A stretch of 64,000 nucleotides of DNA from an uncultured Candidatus Saccharibacteria bacterium (GTDB taxonomy: Bacteria; Patescibacteriota; Dojkabacteria; SC72; WJKH01), in the NCBI GenBank assembly GCA_964602665.1, contig CAZRRH010000001.1, positions 8,414 through 72,413 of the forward strand, read 5' to 3'. The position numbers and the translations under genes are program-made. This document shows, in pieces, positions 48,087 through 58,316 of the stretch (position 1 is its first letter; each line of letters opens with the position of its first letter). The notes below the pieces were generated by a model. That model worked only from the letters and a program-made list of their open reading frames with translations. It searched no databases and had not been told where the DNA came from.

Positions 48087-49091
48087 TCACTCACAAAGAG
48101 CAAATCCTTTGCCTTTTATTGTATAGATTATATCCTTATTTATTCCTTCTTCTTTTAGCCTTGTTCTTATTCTCTCTACAAGCTTTGTAATTGCATAAAG
48201 TGAAAATTTTTCATCAGAAAACTTACCCCAAATCACATCTGCTATTTCATCGTATGTTACGATCTTGTTACGATTCTCGATCAGTAATTTCAATATGCTA
48301 TACTGATAACTTCTTATTTTTATAACATTTTCTCCTGCATAGATATTGTCCCCATAGATATTTAGAACAGATTTAATAGGATAACCTATCTGTTTAAAAT
48401 ATTTAATCGACTCAATAGCCAGCTTGCCATTTTGATTGTTTTTTATACCATCAATCGTCGGAATATATCCTGTAAAAATATCAGCTAATTTAGTTTCCAA
48501 CAGTATAAAATCAACAACTCCTTCCTTAATCATCCAATCGCCCTTAAACAACGAAAGTCTCTTAATTCGTTCAGAAATTATCATCTCAAATAAATTAGCT
48601 AAGCTAGCATCTTTTCTTATAAATATCTTAACAATAGAGCTATCCACAAGAAAACTAGAATATTCGCTTGATATAGAGCCGTACGGAGTTGGATAAACCT
48701 CTACTCTTTTAATTCCTTTAAATAGTTTTGGCATATATTCAAGAAATAAGGACCATATCAAAGATGCTTTTTCCTCATACTCTTTTTTTAAAATGGAGAA
48801 ATTAAAGTCATCATACTCTAAATTATCGGCCAGTTTCTTTACAGTAGAATCTAGATTGTCATTAACTTTAGAGTAATATTTTTTAGGAATACTATCCCAA
48901 AAAGAGGACTCAAATAAGCATTTTAACGACGGGATATGTATAGTTGCAGAATTTTTACTTTGTAATTTTTTAGTGATTAGCATGTTATGGCTTTGAGTGA
49001 GCCCTTTTTTAATCTGATCACACTCAAAGAGTATTTTAACAGAATCAGTTATAGGCGTGTGCATCCAAACAGACTCCGGGACGTTATTCAT
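48087..49091 (-). CDS. transcriptional regulator with C-terminal OmpR/PhoB-type winged-helix domain and an uncharacterised N-terminal domain (no receiver)
   Basis: C-terminus RNKIVTYDEIADVIWGKFSDEKFSLYAITKLVERIRTRLKE...IYTIKGKGFAL matches Trans_reg_C. The N-terminal 230 aa has no phospho-acceptor receiver motifs. Confidence 0.6.
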   Translation of the reverse strand: MNNVPESVWMHTPITDSVKILFECDQIKKGLTQSHNMLITKKLQSKNSATIHIPSLKCLFESSFWDSIPKKYYSKVNDNLDSTVKKLADNLEYDDFNFSILKKEYEEKASLIWSLFLEYMPKLFKGIKRVEVYPTPYGSISSEYSSFLVDSSIVKIFIRKDASLANLFEMIISERIKRLSLFKGDWMIKEGVVDFILLETKLADIFTGYIPTIDGIKNNQNGKLAIESIKYFKQIGYPIKSVLNIYGDNIYAGENVIKIRSYQYSILKLLIENRNKIVTYDEIADVIWGKFSDEKFSLYAITKLVERIRTRLKEEGINKDIIYTIKGKGFALCE

Positions 49092-49170
49092 AATAATATT
49101 ATACTATAAACGATTAAAACTGTCAATGTGCATCTTTATGTATTTATACCAATAATTAGTAGCCATTTAT

Positions 49171-49179
49171 GCTATAATA
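49171..49179 (+). promoter_or_regulatory. extended -10 element TGCTATAAT immediately upstream of the methyltransferase ATG (leaderless candidate)
   Basis: TGnTATAAT ends 7 nt before the ATG at 49186. Confidence 0.3.
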
Positions 49180-49185
49180 GAGATC

Positions 49186-50223
49186 ATGAATAAAAACTAT
49201 CTTGGAAAAAATTACGATAGAAATTTTATTAAAAAAGTAAAAAAGAGAAGCGGCGAAAAATACTTTACTAAGGAGGATATTTTTATATCAAGAATGTCTA
49301 GTATCTTACGTATGCCGCACAAAGTCACTAAAGAGCTATTTTCTCAAAGGGCTATCTCTGCTATCCGTCTAAACTCTTTAGCCGCAGACATTGACCAAAT
49401 TAAAGCAAAGCTTATACATAAAGGTATTAATTTAGAAAAAGTTCCCTGGACACCCGATGGATATATTGCATCCGAGATTGATAAATCAGATCTTGGTAAA
49501 ATTTTTGAGTATAAAAACGGGCTTTTTTACATACAAAATCTTTCAAGTATGATTCCCGCCCTTTCCCTTTCCTGGGGCAAAAAACCGCAAAAAATTCTTG
49601 ATATGTGTGCCTCGCCTGGAGGGAAAACACTACAAATAGCCTCTTTGACTGCAGAAAAGTCCGAAATAATCGCAAACGAAGTGGATTTTTATAGATACAA
49701 AAAAATGCTTGATGTCTTCAGGATTTTCCATGGCGAAAAAATCAGCACAACTAATCTTGATGGCGAACTTTTCGGCCAAAAAAGATCAACTTTTTACGAT
49801 ATTGTCTTTCTTGACGCTCCGTGCTCTAGTGAAGGTCAGATTTATCTTAAAGGCATAAAACCTCTTCGAACCTGGAATCTTAAGAAGGTTAAGTTTATGA
49901 GCGCACTTCAAAAAAAGCTCATTAAATCTGCCTTTATCGCATTAAAAAAAGGTGGAACTTTAATATACTCTACTTGCACCTTAGAGCCAGAAGAGAACGA
50001 AGGCACTGTTTCTTATCTCAAATCGATTTTTAAAGAAAACGCCGTTATAGAGCCAATAGAACTTATAAGTTCAAACTCTTTTGAACAGTATCGAAAGTAT
50101 ACCTCTCGCGGAATTATCTCTTGGAACGGCAAAGAGTACCATCCTGATACTGTAAATTGCGTAAGAATTATCCCCAGCTCACAAATGATGGGGTTTTTTA
50201 TTTGCAAAATTAAAAAGATTTAA
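49186..50223 (+). CDS. SAM-dependent rRNA cytosine-C5 methyltransferase, RsmB/RsmF (NOL1/NOP2/Sun) family
   Basis: SAM motif DMCASPGGKT, catalytic FLDAPCSSEG and LIYSTCTLEPEENEG (two catalytic Cys). Confidence 0.75.
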   Translation: MNKNYLGKNYDRNFIKKVKKRSGEKYFTKEDIFISRMSSILRMPHKVTKELFSQRAISAIRLNSLAADIDQIKAKLIHKGINLEKVPWTPDGYIASEIDKSDLGKIFEYKNGLFYIQNLSSMIPALSLSWGKKPQKILDMCASPGGKTLQIASLTAEKSEIIANEVDFYRYKKMLDVFRIFHGEKISTTNLDGELFGQKRSTFYDIVFLDAPCSSEGQIYLKGIKPLRTWNLKKVKFMSALQKKLIKSAFIALKKGGTLIYSTCTLEPEENEGTVSYLKSIFKENAVIEPIELISSNSFEQYRKYTSRGIISWNGKEYHPDTVNCVRIIPSSQMMGFFICKIKKI

Positions 50224-50225
50224 TT

Positions 50226-50759
50226 CTACAAAACGCTTTTAATGTATAACCTGATTTCTTGTGAATAATTAACAGATCCATCGTCTAATATTGCGACCTC
50301 TAGCTCTGTATCTTTTATTATGTTTATATTGACAACATAATAATTTCCATCTTCGTAAAGAACAAATTCTTCGTCGCCTTTTATTAAAATTATCTTGCTG
50401 TTTGCGTAATCACCACTTCTATCCAACCACACATTTAAAATATCTGGATACCTGGCAGATTTAATCTCCATTCTGTTTTTATAAATTCCTAAGTCTCTTT
50501 TATTGGCGATTAACTTATAAAGTACAGTATTCTCTGATATGTTATTGCTATTAGAAGACATGAATATTTTGTCAGCCTCAATAGATTTTACAGAAAGTCC
50601 GGAATTAACACCAAGAACTTGCTCTCCTTCGCTTTGGCGTCCTCGATATATTGTTGACAAATTTCCAACTGTATAAACAGCAAACGCGGGCATCATAAGA
50701 CCTATTAACAGGAATACCATACTAAAAAATGTTTTGATTATCTGGTTAATTTTTGGCAT
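50226..50759 (-). CDS. hypothetical membrane-anchored protein
   Basis: N-terminal TM FFSMVFLLIGLMMPAFAVY. No family assigned. Confidence 0.35.
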   Translation of the reverse strand: MPKINQIIKTFFSMVFLLIGLMMPAFAVYTVGNLSTIYRGRQSEGEQVLGVNSGLSVKSIEADKIFMSSNSNNISENTVLYKLIANKRDLGIYKNRMEIKSARYPDILNVWLDRSGDYANSKIILIKGDEEFVLYEDGNYYVVNINIIKDTELEVAILDDGSVNYSQEIRLYIKSVL

Positions 50760-51285
50760 AACAAACTGTATAGAAATTCTTTAATAAGTTCTCGATTTTC
50801 TCATGCAAGACAACTATTATTGAGAATGCAAATGCTCCAACTATTGCAACGACACTGAATTTATCAGGTCCTTGATAATCTTTTATCAGCACATAACTTG
50901 AAAGAAAAAAGTACATAAACCAAATAAAGAGTTGTAATACACCGTCGTTACCTTGTAATAACCACTCTTGGGCAGTCTTTTTTTTCAAATTGCATGCGAC
51001 ACTTTTCTTTGGTGCAATATAATATTTATAATAAATCATTATTGATATTATCCCAATAGCAAGTAATATTGTCATGCTAATGTTTGAAATCCTATTTATA
51101 AATAAGACGTTATCGTAATCAGCTACATATAATTGCACCATATATTTACCTCCTAAATCGTTACCAATCTCGACTGTTGTATCAAGCATATTTGCGGCAA
51201 TTATAACGCCAACAAGCTTACCAGTTATCATGACTGAGAACGGCAAAAAAGAGTACTGCAATATTTTTGTGAGTATTTTTGTCAT
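50746..51285 (-). CDS. hypothetical polytopic membrane protein
   Basis: Four predicted TM helices. No family assigned. Confidence 0.35.
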   Translation of the reverse strand: MTKILTKILQYSFLPFSVMITGKLVGVIIAANMLDTTVEIGNDLGGKYMVQLYVADYDNVLFINRISNISMTILLAIGIISIMIYYKYYIAPKKSVACNLKKKTAQEWLLQGNDGVLQLFIWFMYFFLSSYVLIKDYQGPDKFSVVAIVGAFAFSIIVVLHEKIENLLKNFYTVCYAKN

Positions 51286-51325
51286 AAATCTACTCTTATA
51301 TTAACTTATAAGGGACTGTTTGTCA

Positions 51326-51358
51326 ATAAAAAAAGTGGCCGTCTTAACTGGCGGCCAC
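51326..51358 (-). terminator. intrinsic terminator downstream of dnaK
   Basis: Stem AGTGGCCG/CGGCCACT (8 bp, 10-nt loop), followed on the minus strand by seven U. Lies 30 nt past the dnaK stop. Confidence 0.55.
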
Positions 51359-51387
51359 TAATAAAGCATAATTCGTTTATCAAAGAT

Positions 51388-53304
51388 TTACTTTACAACC
51401 TCTCCCTCTTGAGCATTATCTTCTTTATCATCTTTTTTCTGCTCAGATGAATCTGGTTTTTTATCTTCTGACTGAGTTTTCTGTGCTTGAGAAGCGGCTT
51501 CTTCATACATTTTCTTGCTTATTTCTTGAACTATTTTCTCAAGTTCTTCCTGCTTTGTCTTAACTTCATCAGCTTTAAAATCCTCCTTAGCTATAAGATC
51601 TTTAAGCTCTTTGGTTAATTCTTCTGCTTTTTTCTTTTTATCTTCGTCTATTTTATCGCCCGATTCTTTTATTAACTTCTCTGTATTAAAGACTAATGAG
51701 TCGGCATTATTTCTTACTTCAGCTTTTTCTTTTTTCTCCTTATCTTCTTTGGCGTGCAACGCAGCTTCCTGCACCATTTTTTCGACCTCTTCATCGGCAA
51801 GATCTGTCGAAGCAGTAATTGTTATCGCTTGCTCTTTGCCTGTAGCCTTATCTTGAGCTTTTACATTGAGTATACCGTTGGCATCTATCGCAAACGAGAC
51901 TTCAATTTGAGGAACACCTCTTGGTGCTGGAGGAATTCCCGATAACTGAAATCTACCAAGTGTTTTATTGTCACTTGCCATTTCTCGCTCCCCCTGCAAT
52001 ATATGTATATCAACTGCGGGTTGATTATCCGCTGCTGTAGAGAATATTTGTTTTTTCTCTGTCGGAATTGTCGTATTTCTCTCAATTATTTTTGTCATTA
52101 TTCCTCCCATAGTTTCAACCCCAAGTGAAAGAGGTGTTACGTCAAGTAAGGTTATGTCGTTTACATCTCCGCCTAAGACTCCTGCTTCAATAGCCGCTCC
52201 AAGTCCAACTGCTTCATCAGGATTTACTGACTTATTAGGCTCCTTACCAAATATATCTTTAACTTTCTTTATAACTGCAGGCATTCTGGTCATACCTCCT
52301 ACGAGTATAACTTCATCAATATCTTTGACATCCATCTTTGCATCTTTTATTGCCTTAACAGTTGGCTCCTCGCATTTATTTATTAAATCAGCTGTCCATT
52401 TTTCTATTTCTGATCTTGTGATTTCCCTCTTAAAGTGTTTAGGACCTTTTGCATCAGCGGTTATGTAAGGAAGGTTTATTTCTGTTGTTTCCTTTGATGA
52501 AAGCTCTATTTTGGCTTTCTCTGCGGCTTCTCTAAGTCTTTGAAGTGCAGTTCTATCGTCATTTAGATCGATTCCTTGCTCCTTTTTAAATTCGTCTATT
52601 AGCTCTTGCATTATTACTCTATCCCAGTCATCACCACCTAAGTGAGTATCACCATTGGTTGATAAGACCTCATAAACCCCGTCTCCAATATCAAGAATCG
52701 ATATATCAAATGTGCCTCCTCCAAGGTCAAATACTGCGACTGTTTGCTCTTTCTCTTTATCGAGACCATAAGCTAAAGCCGCTGCGGTTGGCTCGTTTAG
52801 AACTCTTTTGACGTCAAACCCAGCTATTTTACCCGCATCTTTTGTAGCTTTTCTCTGTGAGTCATCAAAATATGCAGGGACAGTAATAACAGCTTCTTTT
52901 ACTTCTTCACCCAAAAATCTCTCTGCGTCAGCTTTAATTTTTGCAAGAATTTTTGCAGAGACTTCCTGTGGTGTATACCATTTGTCTCCCATTTTGACTT
53001 CAATTCCACCTGAAGATGATTTCTGCATTTTAAAAGGTAAATTCTTTTTGTCTTGCTCTATTGCAGGATCATCCCAAGTTCGACCAATCAGCCTCTTTAC
53101 CGAATAAATTGTGTTCTCAGGATTTACTACAGCCTGATTTCTTGCTTGTCTTCCGACAATTAGCTGTTTTTTATCATCAACAGCAACAACAGAAGGCAGG
53201 AGATTTTCACCTTCAGCTGTTGGTATCACAGTTGATTTACCAGCCGCCATATATGCGATAACTGAATTTGTTGTTCCCAAATCAATTCCTATTATTTTTG
53301 CCAT
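51388..53304 (-). CDS. dnaK: molecular chaperone DnaK (Hsp70)
   Basis: [18 protein letters not shown], full-length Hsp70 conservation. 638 aa. Confidence 0.95.
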   Translation of the reverse strand: MAKIIGIDLGTTNSVIAYMAAGKSTVIPTAEGENLLPSVVAVDDKKQLIVGRQARNQAVVNPENTIYSVKRLIGRTWDDPAIEQDKKNLPFKMQKSSSGGIEVKMGDKWYTPQEVSAKILAKIKADAERFLGEEVKEAVITVPAYFDDSQRKATKDAGKIAGFDVKRVLNEPTAAALAYGLDKEKEQTVAVFDLGGGTFDISILDIGDGVYEVLSTNGDTHLGGDDWDRVIMQELIDEFKKEQGIDLNDDRTALQRLREAAEKAKIELSSKETTEINLPYITADAKGPKHFKREITRSEIEKWTADLINKCEEPTVKAIKDAKMDVKDIDEVILVGGMTRMPAVIKKVKDIFGKEPNKSVNPDEAVGLGAAIEAGVLGGDVNDITLLDVTPLSLGVETMGGIMTKIIERNTTIPTEKKQIFSTAADNQPAVDIHILQGEREMASDNKTLGRFQLSGIPPAPRGVPQIEVSFAIDANGILNVKAQDKATGKEQAITITASTDLADEEVEKMVQEAALHAKEDKEKKEKAEVRNNADSLVFNTEKLIKESGDKIDEDKKKKAEELTKELKDLIAKEDFKADEVKTKQEELEKIVQEISKKMYEEAASQAQKTQSEDKKPDSSEQKKDDKEDNAQEGEVVK

Positions 53305-53326
53305 ACTTTTTACAATTAAAATTTAA

Positions 53327-53353
53327 TTAGCAATTAAGCACAACGAGTGCTAA
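53327..53353. promoter_or_regulatory. CIRCE-like HrcA operator upstream of dnaK
   Basis: TTAGCAATT-AAGCACAAC-GAGTGCTAA. The right arm matches the CIRCE consensus 9/9 and the left 7/9, with the canonical 9-nt spacer. It lies 23-49 nt upstream of the dnaK ATG. Confidence 0.6.
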
Positions 53354-53398
53354 ATGTATCTTACCAAAAATGAGGGTTTTTTGTCAAGAGCAAAAGAG

Positions 53399-53944
53399 TT
53401 AAATACTCTTTTTTGCTGATAATATTACATCCTGACCGATGGTATCTATCTTGTCGAGCGCGTAGCCTATCTCTGAACCTGCTTTTATCTCAATTACAAT
53501 TTGGTCAGAATTTGATTTCAAATTAAGAATTGGCATATTATTACTAAGACCAACCAGATTGTCTACAGGCGAAATAGCAAAAGCGTTGACAATTTTATCC
53601 TCAGAACTTGCAAGCAAGCACGACAATCCCTCAACACACGAAACCGAGGAAATATCTCCAGAAATAACATTAATTTTTAAATCATAGCCTAAGAGAGTAT
53701 CATTGTTAGCATTTTTATAAAAGAGTGCATATCCTTCATCTACTGGCTTTAGCTCAAATTCCCCTTTTACACTTATTCTCTCACCTAAAACAGCGGGGCT
53801 TGGTTTCTGGCTCAAATTATCTATCAGTGCGTCTTTTTGCTCAATCTTGTACTGAATAAAAGGAACCATAAATCCAAGTACAAATCCAAACAAAGCAACA
53901 GATAAAAATACTAAGCTTTTTGATAGTTTTTCTGTTTTAACCAT
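53399..53944 (-). CDS. hypothetical membrane-anchored protein (181 aa)
   Basis: N-terminal TM LVFLSVALFGFVLGFMVPFI. No family assigned. Confidence 0.35.
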   Translation of the reverse strand: MVKTEKLSKSLVFLSVALFGFVLGFMVPFIQYKIEQKDALIDNLSQKPSPAVLGERISVKGEFELKPVDEGYALFYKNANNDTLLGYDLKINVISGDISSVSCVEGLSCLLASSEDKIVNAFAISPVDNLVGLSNNMPILNLKSNSDQIVIEIKAGSEIGYALDKIDTIGQDVILSAKKSI

Positions 53945-53988
53945 AAAATTTTAAGCTAAACTTATTTGCCATTATTATAACATATAAG

Positions 53989-56595
53989 CTACTCAATAAC
54001 AAAGTCAGCATTTTTAGTTGGCAAATATTTCTCCAAAGCTATACGAATTTCTTTTGACAACTTTTCGCTGATTTGTTCTTCGACTCCTCGCATCGCTATT
54101 CTTACAGTTTCCTGCCTTAAATCTTTCTTTTTCAATTCATCATTGCTGTAGATATCGACAGGCTCAAGCTCAAAATGAATTGGATATTTGCTTAAAATCT
54201 TTTCTATACCTTCAATAAGCTCTCTATGAGTCATTTTATTTTCGACTATATAACAAATATCTTGTACCATCTTAGGGAATTTAGTAGGAACATCCTCCGT
54301 CTTCTTACTATCAACAATGTTCATTAGTTCTTCAATGTTGATCTCAAATCCTGCTGTATGCTCTGGTATCTTCATCTTTTCAATCAGCTTGTAAGAAATT
54401 TGCCCCAATACGCCTAAATAAAATCTTTGCCCATTTAATTTATATATTAGGATACCGCTTTGATTATGGTCATACACATCTTTCATGTTTTCTAACCAAA
54501 CAGGAAGATCAACACAGCTATCCCATGACACAATATCTATTTTAGGACATCTAAGGAAATTAGATAGCTCCGTTAAATATTTTTTTGCACTATAATATCC
54601 TGTCCCTACTCCTTGCAAATCAGTATAAACAAGAGCGAGTGATCTAAACTCATAAGGAAGCCCTTCATTATTTAAAATATTTTTTACATGGAATTTATTA
54701 ACTTCAAATAAAACGAACTTTTTATACCCATTAGATATATTTAATGGCACTTTTGATATTACAGATGGCATTAATAACGATCTCATATACTCTAATTCAG
54801 GAGATATAGAGTTAGTAAGTCTAAACGAAGAGGTTTTAAGCGTAGGATTAATTTGATCATACAAATCTCTATTAATAAAACTGTAAGTAATTATCTCGTT
54901 ACCTCCCATTGCAATAAGTCCATTTCTTACCCGACTTTCGAGCTCAAGTACTTTATTTCTTTTAACAGGCTTAACTTTCCTGCTTGGTAATTTTAATGGA
55001 ATATTATTAAAGCCAGAAATTCTTGCGATCTCTTCATAAATATCTTCTTTGATAGATAAATCCTGCCTATATGTCGGAACAGAAACAACTAATACTTCTT
55101 CCTCATCATCAAGAGGACTATCATATCCATCTTTGACAACAAGCTCTGTCTCTTTTTGAGGAGTTAACTTCTCTTTTACAACAAGCTCTGCGTTTGACAG
55201 GGTAGAAATGACTTCTTTTTTTGTAAATGTCTTACCAATTATTTTATTAAGTCCATTAATGCTAAAAGCAACTTCTTTTTCGGATCTAGGAAATTGAAAG
55301 TCGTCGCAGATCTCACTAGCTAAATTACCATTTGCATGACTTTGTAGCATTTCAAGAGTTTTATGCAAAACAACCTCACACATGGCAGGATCTTGATTTC
55401 TTGAGTATCTAGTTGTCGCTTCGCTACTGATTCCAACTTTATTACTTGTCTTACGAATATTATACATATCAAAGTTAGCCGACTCCAATATTATTGTTTT
55501 ACTTTTAACATCTATTTCTGTATCAAGACCTCCCATAACGCCGGCAATTCCTATAGGATCTTCTCCATCAGTTATTACGACTATGGAACTATCTAACTTA
55601 ATTTTATCTCCGTTGATCACAGTTATCGTTTCGCCGTCTTTTGCCGTTCTAACAACAATACTTGCATCACAATCGCTACTGTTCTTAAGACATTTTGTTG
55701 ATCTGTTAACAACTTTATCGTAATCAAAAGCATGCAGTGGCTGTCCCGTCAACAACATCATATAATTTGTTATGTCTACTACATTGTTTATTGGCCTTAT
55801 GCCCGCTTTCGCTAATTCTATTTGCATCCAGATAGGAGATTGCTTTATTTCGATATTCTCGATTACGGCTCCCATATATCGAGGACATAGACTCCCTGCT
55901 TCATTCTTAACCTGTAAGTTATACTTATTTGAACTGTTAATCTTTATCTCTAGCAACTTGTGACCCGACCAATAATTAAACCAATCTGGCGTTTTGTACT
56001 CTAATCCTTGTATTGCACTAATCTCCCTTGCTATTCCGATTAAGCCAAAACACTCAGGACGATTTACCAAAGCTTTATTCTCGACCTCATATATGTAATC
56101 ATCTAAGCCGTAAAGAGAAGCAAAAGATTGCCCTGGCAAAGCATCATCGCCTATTTTATCATTTAATCTCATAACTTGTTCATGATTTCCTGATATATCA
56201 AGCTCTTTTGACGATGCCATCATTCCATTAGACTCAACTCCTCGTAGTTTTACAGCTCTAATAATGCCATCAAAATCATCAGGATGCATATTATGTGGCA
56301 CTCTCGTATTTGGCGGAATATAAGCAACTTTATCACCGACAGCAAGAGTCTTATCTCCTGCAACTACCTGTATAAGCTCCTCTTGCCCAATATCTATCTT
56401 ATACACATTTAACTTATCTGCATCAGGATGAGAGGCCACTTCCTTGATTTGAGCGACAATTATTCCTTTGTATTTCTCACTTAAATTCTCAATACTTTCA
56501 ACCTCTCCAATTCTTGTAGCGATAAGCTCAGCAAGTATTATTGGATCAACAACTACCTGAGTAAGCTTTTTTACACTATTTAATGAAATTCTCAT
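53989..56595 (-). CDS. pheT: phenylalanyl-tRNA synthetase beta subunit
   Basis: N-terminal tRNA-binding domain HPDADKLNVYKIDIGQEELIQVVAGDKTLAVGDKVAYIPP, B3/B4 and B5 regions, C-terminal anticodon-binding-like domain. 868 aa. Confidence 0.85.
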   Translation of the reverse strand: MRISLNSVKKLTQVVVDPIILAELIATRIGEVESIENLSEKYKGIIVAQIKEVASHPDADKLNVYKIDIGQEELIQVVAGDKTLAVGDKVAYIPPNTRVPHNMHPDDFDGIIRAVKLRGVESNGMMASSKELDISGNHEQVMRLNDKIGDDALPGQSFASLYGLDDYIYEVENKALVNRPECFGLIGIAREISAIQGLEYKTPDWFNYWSGHKLLEIKINSSNKYNLQVKNEAGSLCPRYMGAVIENIEIKQSPIWMQIELAKAGIRPINNVVDITNYMMLLTGQPLHAFDYDKVVNRSTKCLKNSSDCDASIVVRTAKDGETITVINGDKIKLDSSIVVITDGEDPIGIAGVMGGLDTEIDVKSKTIILESANFDMYNIRKTSNKVGISSEATTRYSRNQDPAMCEVVLHKTLEMLQSHANGNLASEICDDFQFPRSEKEVAFSINGLNKIIGKTFTKKEVISTLSNAELVVKEKLTPQKETELVVKDGYDSPLDDEEEVLVVSVPTYRQDLSIKEDIYEEIARISGFNNIPLKLPSRKVKPVKRNKVLELESRVRNGLIAMGGNEIITYSFINRDLYDQINPTLKTSSFRLTNSISPELEYMRSLLMPSVISKVPLNISNGYKKFVLFEVNKFHVKNILNNEGLPYEFRSLALVYTDLQGVGTGYYSAKKYLTELSNFLRCPKIDIVSWDSCVDLPVWLENMKDVYDHNQSGILIYKLNGQRFYLGVLGQISYKLIEKMKIPEHTAGFEINIEELMNIVDSKKTEDVPTKFPKMVQDICYIVENKMTHRELIEGIEKILSKYPIHFELEPVDIYSNDELKKKDLRQETVRIAMRGVEEQISEKLSKEIRIALEKYLPTKNADFVIE

Positions 56596-56615
56596 AAAAT
56601 AATTTATAAATCAAA

Positions 56616-58316
56616 TTAAAATTGTTTTAAGAAATCTAAATTTCCTCCTCTTATGTCACGAATATTCTTAATGCCTGCTCTTATCATGACAAGTCTATCA
56701 AGTCCAAATCCCCAGGCAAATCCAGAATATATATTTGGATCAATCCCCGCCAGTGATAAAACATTAGGATGAATAACACCACAACCTACAAGCTCAATCC
56801 AACCATGATGCCCACAAGTACTACATCCTGTTTTTTTACAGAAAGGACAAGACATACACAACTCAAGTCCCGGCTCAACAAACGGAAAATGTGATGGCTG
56901 TAATTTTACTTCTAACTTTGTCTGATAATACTCCTCCAAAAAGCTATGCATCACAGCTTCCATATTACTTAAACTAATCCCCTTATCTACATAGATTCCT
57001 TCTAAATGCGCTAAAGTATGTTCATGCCTATCATCTGTTGCTTCATTTCTATAACAAGTACCTGGAACTATAAATCTAATAGGAGGTTTATTGCTTTTTA
57101 ATATACGATTTTGCATAGTAGAAGTATGGGTTGTCGGAATAAGCCCTTCTTCTGTATGGAAAGTATCCCACATATCTCTCGCAGGATGGCCATCAGGGAA
57201 ATTTAGCGCTGTAAACATATTGTAATCGCTATCAAGCTGTCTTGCGTCTTGCACAGAAAACCCCATGGATAAAAATATCTTAGAAATCTCCTCTAGCTCT
57301 GCACTTAACGGGTTCTTATGCCCTCTATCAGGAATCAATTGAGGTCTATCCTTTTGCTCACTATTGACTCCAAAAGGAGCTGTTAAATCAATCTTATAAG
57401 ATTTCTTAGCTGTCTTCTCAGCTTCTAACAACTGTTTCCATTTTTCTTGTGCAGACATTTTTAATATATTAACTTTCTTACCATATTCTGCCCTCTCTTC
57501 ACCTGATTTGTTCTTTATCTCTTGCAGAAGATTTGTTATTAGACCGTTTTTACCAAGATATTTGTCCTCAAATTGTTTTGCTGTTAGACTCTGGCTATCC
57601 ATCTCTTTAATTATATCAGAAAATTCTATTGAACTAGCATTGTCAACAATCTCATATCTAATTCTCACATTATCACTGCCTTCCTTTTTTATCTTAACAA
57701 TTTTTAGTCCCGCTAATTTACTTGTATTATCGGCATGCGTACCCCCACATAAATCTTCAACATCATCTCCAATATGCAAAACACTTTTATGTTCATCAAT
57801 GCAAACTACTTTCATATTTAAAGCCAATTTTATTATCTTATCAACCTCTTTCTGAAGATCATCAGTATTACGAGGCTCCCCTTGATACTGAACATAAGCA
57901 GCCTCTTTATAATGATAGCCCTTAATTGGCTTATAATCCCAAGCCAAATTTCTCACCGCCAAGTCAATAATGTGACCAGCGCTATGATAAATGCTATTAA
58001 TAGATCTGACATCTTTATCTATGGAAACTTTTACGGTATCACCTTTATTAAAGTATCCCTGTTTTATTGTCCCTAGATGAAGTATTTTATCAGCTTCTTT
58101 ATCTTTATATACTTTCTCGACTTGAAAAAGAGCGCTACCTTTTACTATTGTACCGATATCTGATGGCTGTCCCCCTCCCTGTGGATAAAAAGGCGTTTTA
58201 TCAAGCAATATTGCCGTATGAGTAATTCCATCAATCGTCTCCTCCTCTAATTCGATTATTTTGGCCTCAACCGTCATTAATTGTGGATTATGCTTATAAA
58301 TCAGCTCTGTTTTCAT
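56616..58316 (-). CDS. pheS: phenylalanyl-tRNA synthetase alpha subunit fused to an N-terminal AlaX-M / AlaRS-editing-type domain
   Basis: Residues 1-230 match the AlaX/AlaRS editing-domain fold: LLDKTPFYPQGGGQPSDIG, HxxxH (YHSAGHIIDL), CxxxH (LCGGTHADNTS). Residues 235-566 are canonical PheS: FPDGHPARDMWDTF, PTTHTSTMQ, GTCYRNE...HLEG, SHFPFVEPGLEL, GWIELVGCGVIHPNVL, GFAWGFGLDRL. It is a single uninterrupted ORF. Confidence 0.8.
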   Translation of the reverse strand: MKTELIYKHNPQLMTVEAKIIELEEETIDGITHTAILLDKTPFYPQGGGQPSDIGTIVKGSALFQVEKVYKDKEADKILHLGTIKQGYFNKGDTVKVSIDKDVRSINSIYHSAGHIIDLAVRNLAWDYKPIKGYHYKEAAYVQYQGEPRNTDDLQKEVDKIIKLALNMKVVCIDEHKSVLHIGDDVEDLCGGTHADNTSKLAGLKIVKIKKEGSDNVRIRYEIVDNASSIEFSDIIKEMDSQSLTAKQFEDKYLGKNGLITNLLQEIKNKSGEERAEYGKKVNILKMSAQEKWKQLLEAEKTAKKSYKIDLTAPFGVNSEQKDRPQLIPDRGHKNPLSAELEEISKIFLSMGFSVQDARQLDSDYNMFTALNFPDGHPARDMWDTFHTEEGLIPTTHTSTMQNRILKSNKPPIRFIVPGTCYRNEATDDRHEHTLAHLEGIYVDKGISLSNMEAVMHSFLEEYYQTKLEVKLQPSHFPFVEPGLELCMSCPFCKKTGCSTCGHHGWIELVGCGVIHPNVLSLAGIDPNIYSGFAWGFGLDRLVMIRAGIKNIRDIRGGNLDFLKQF

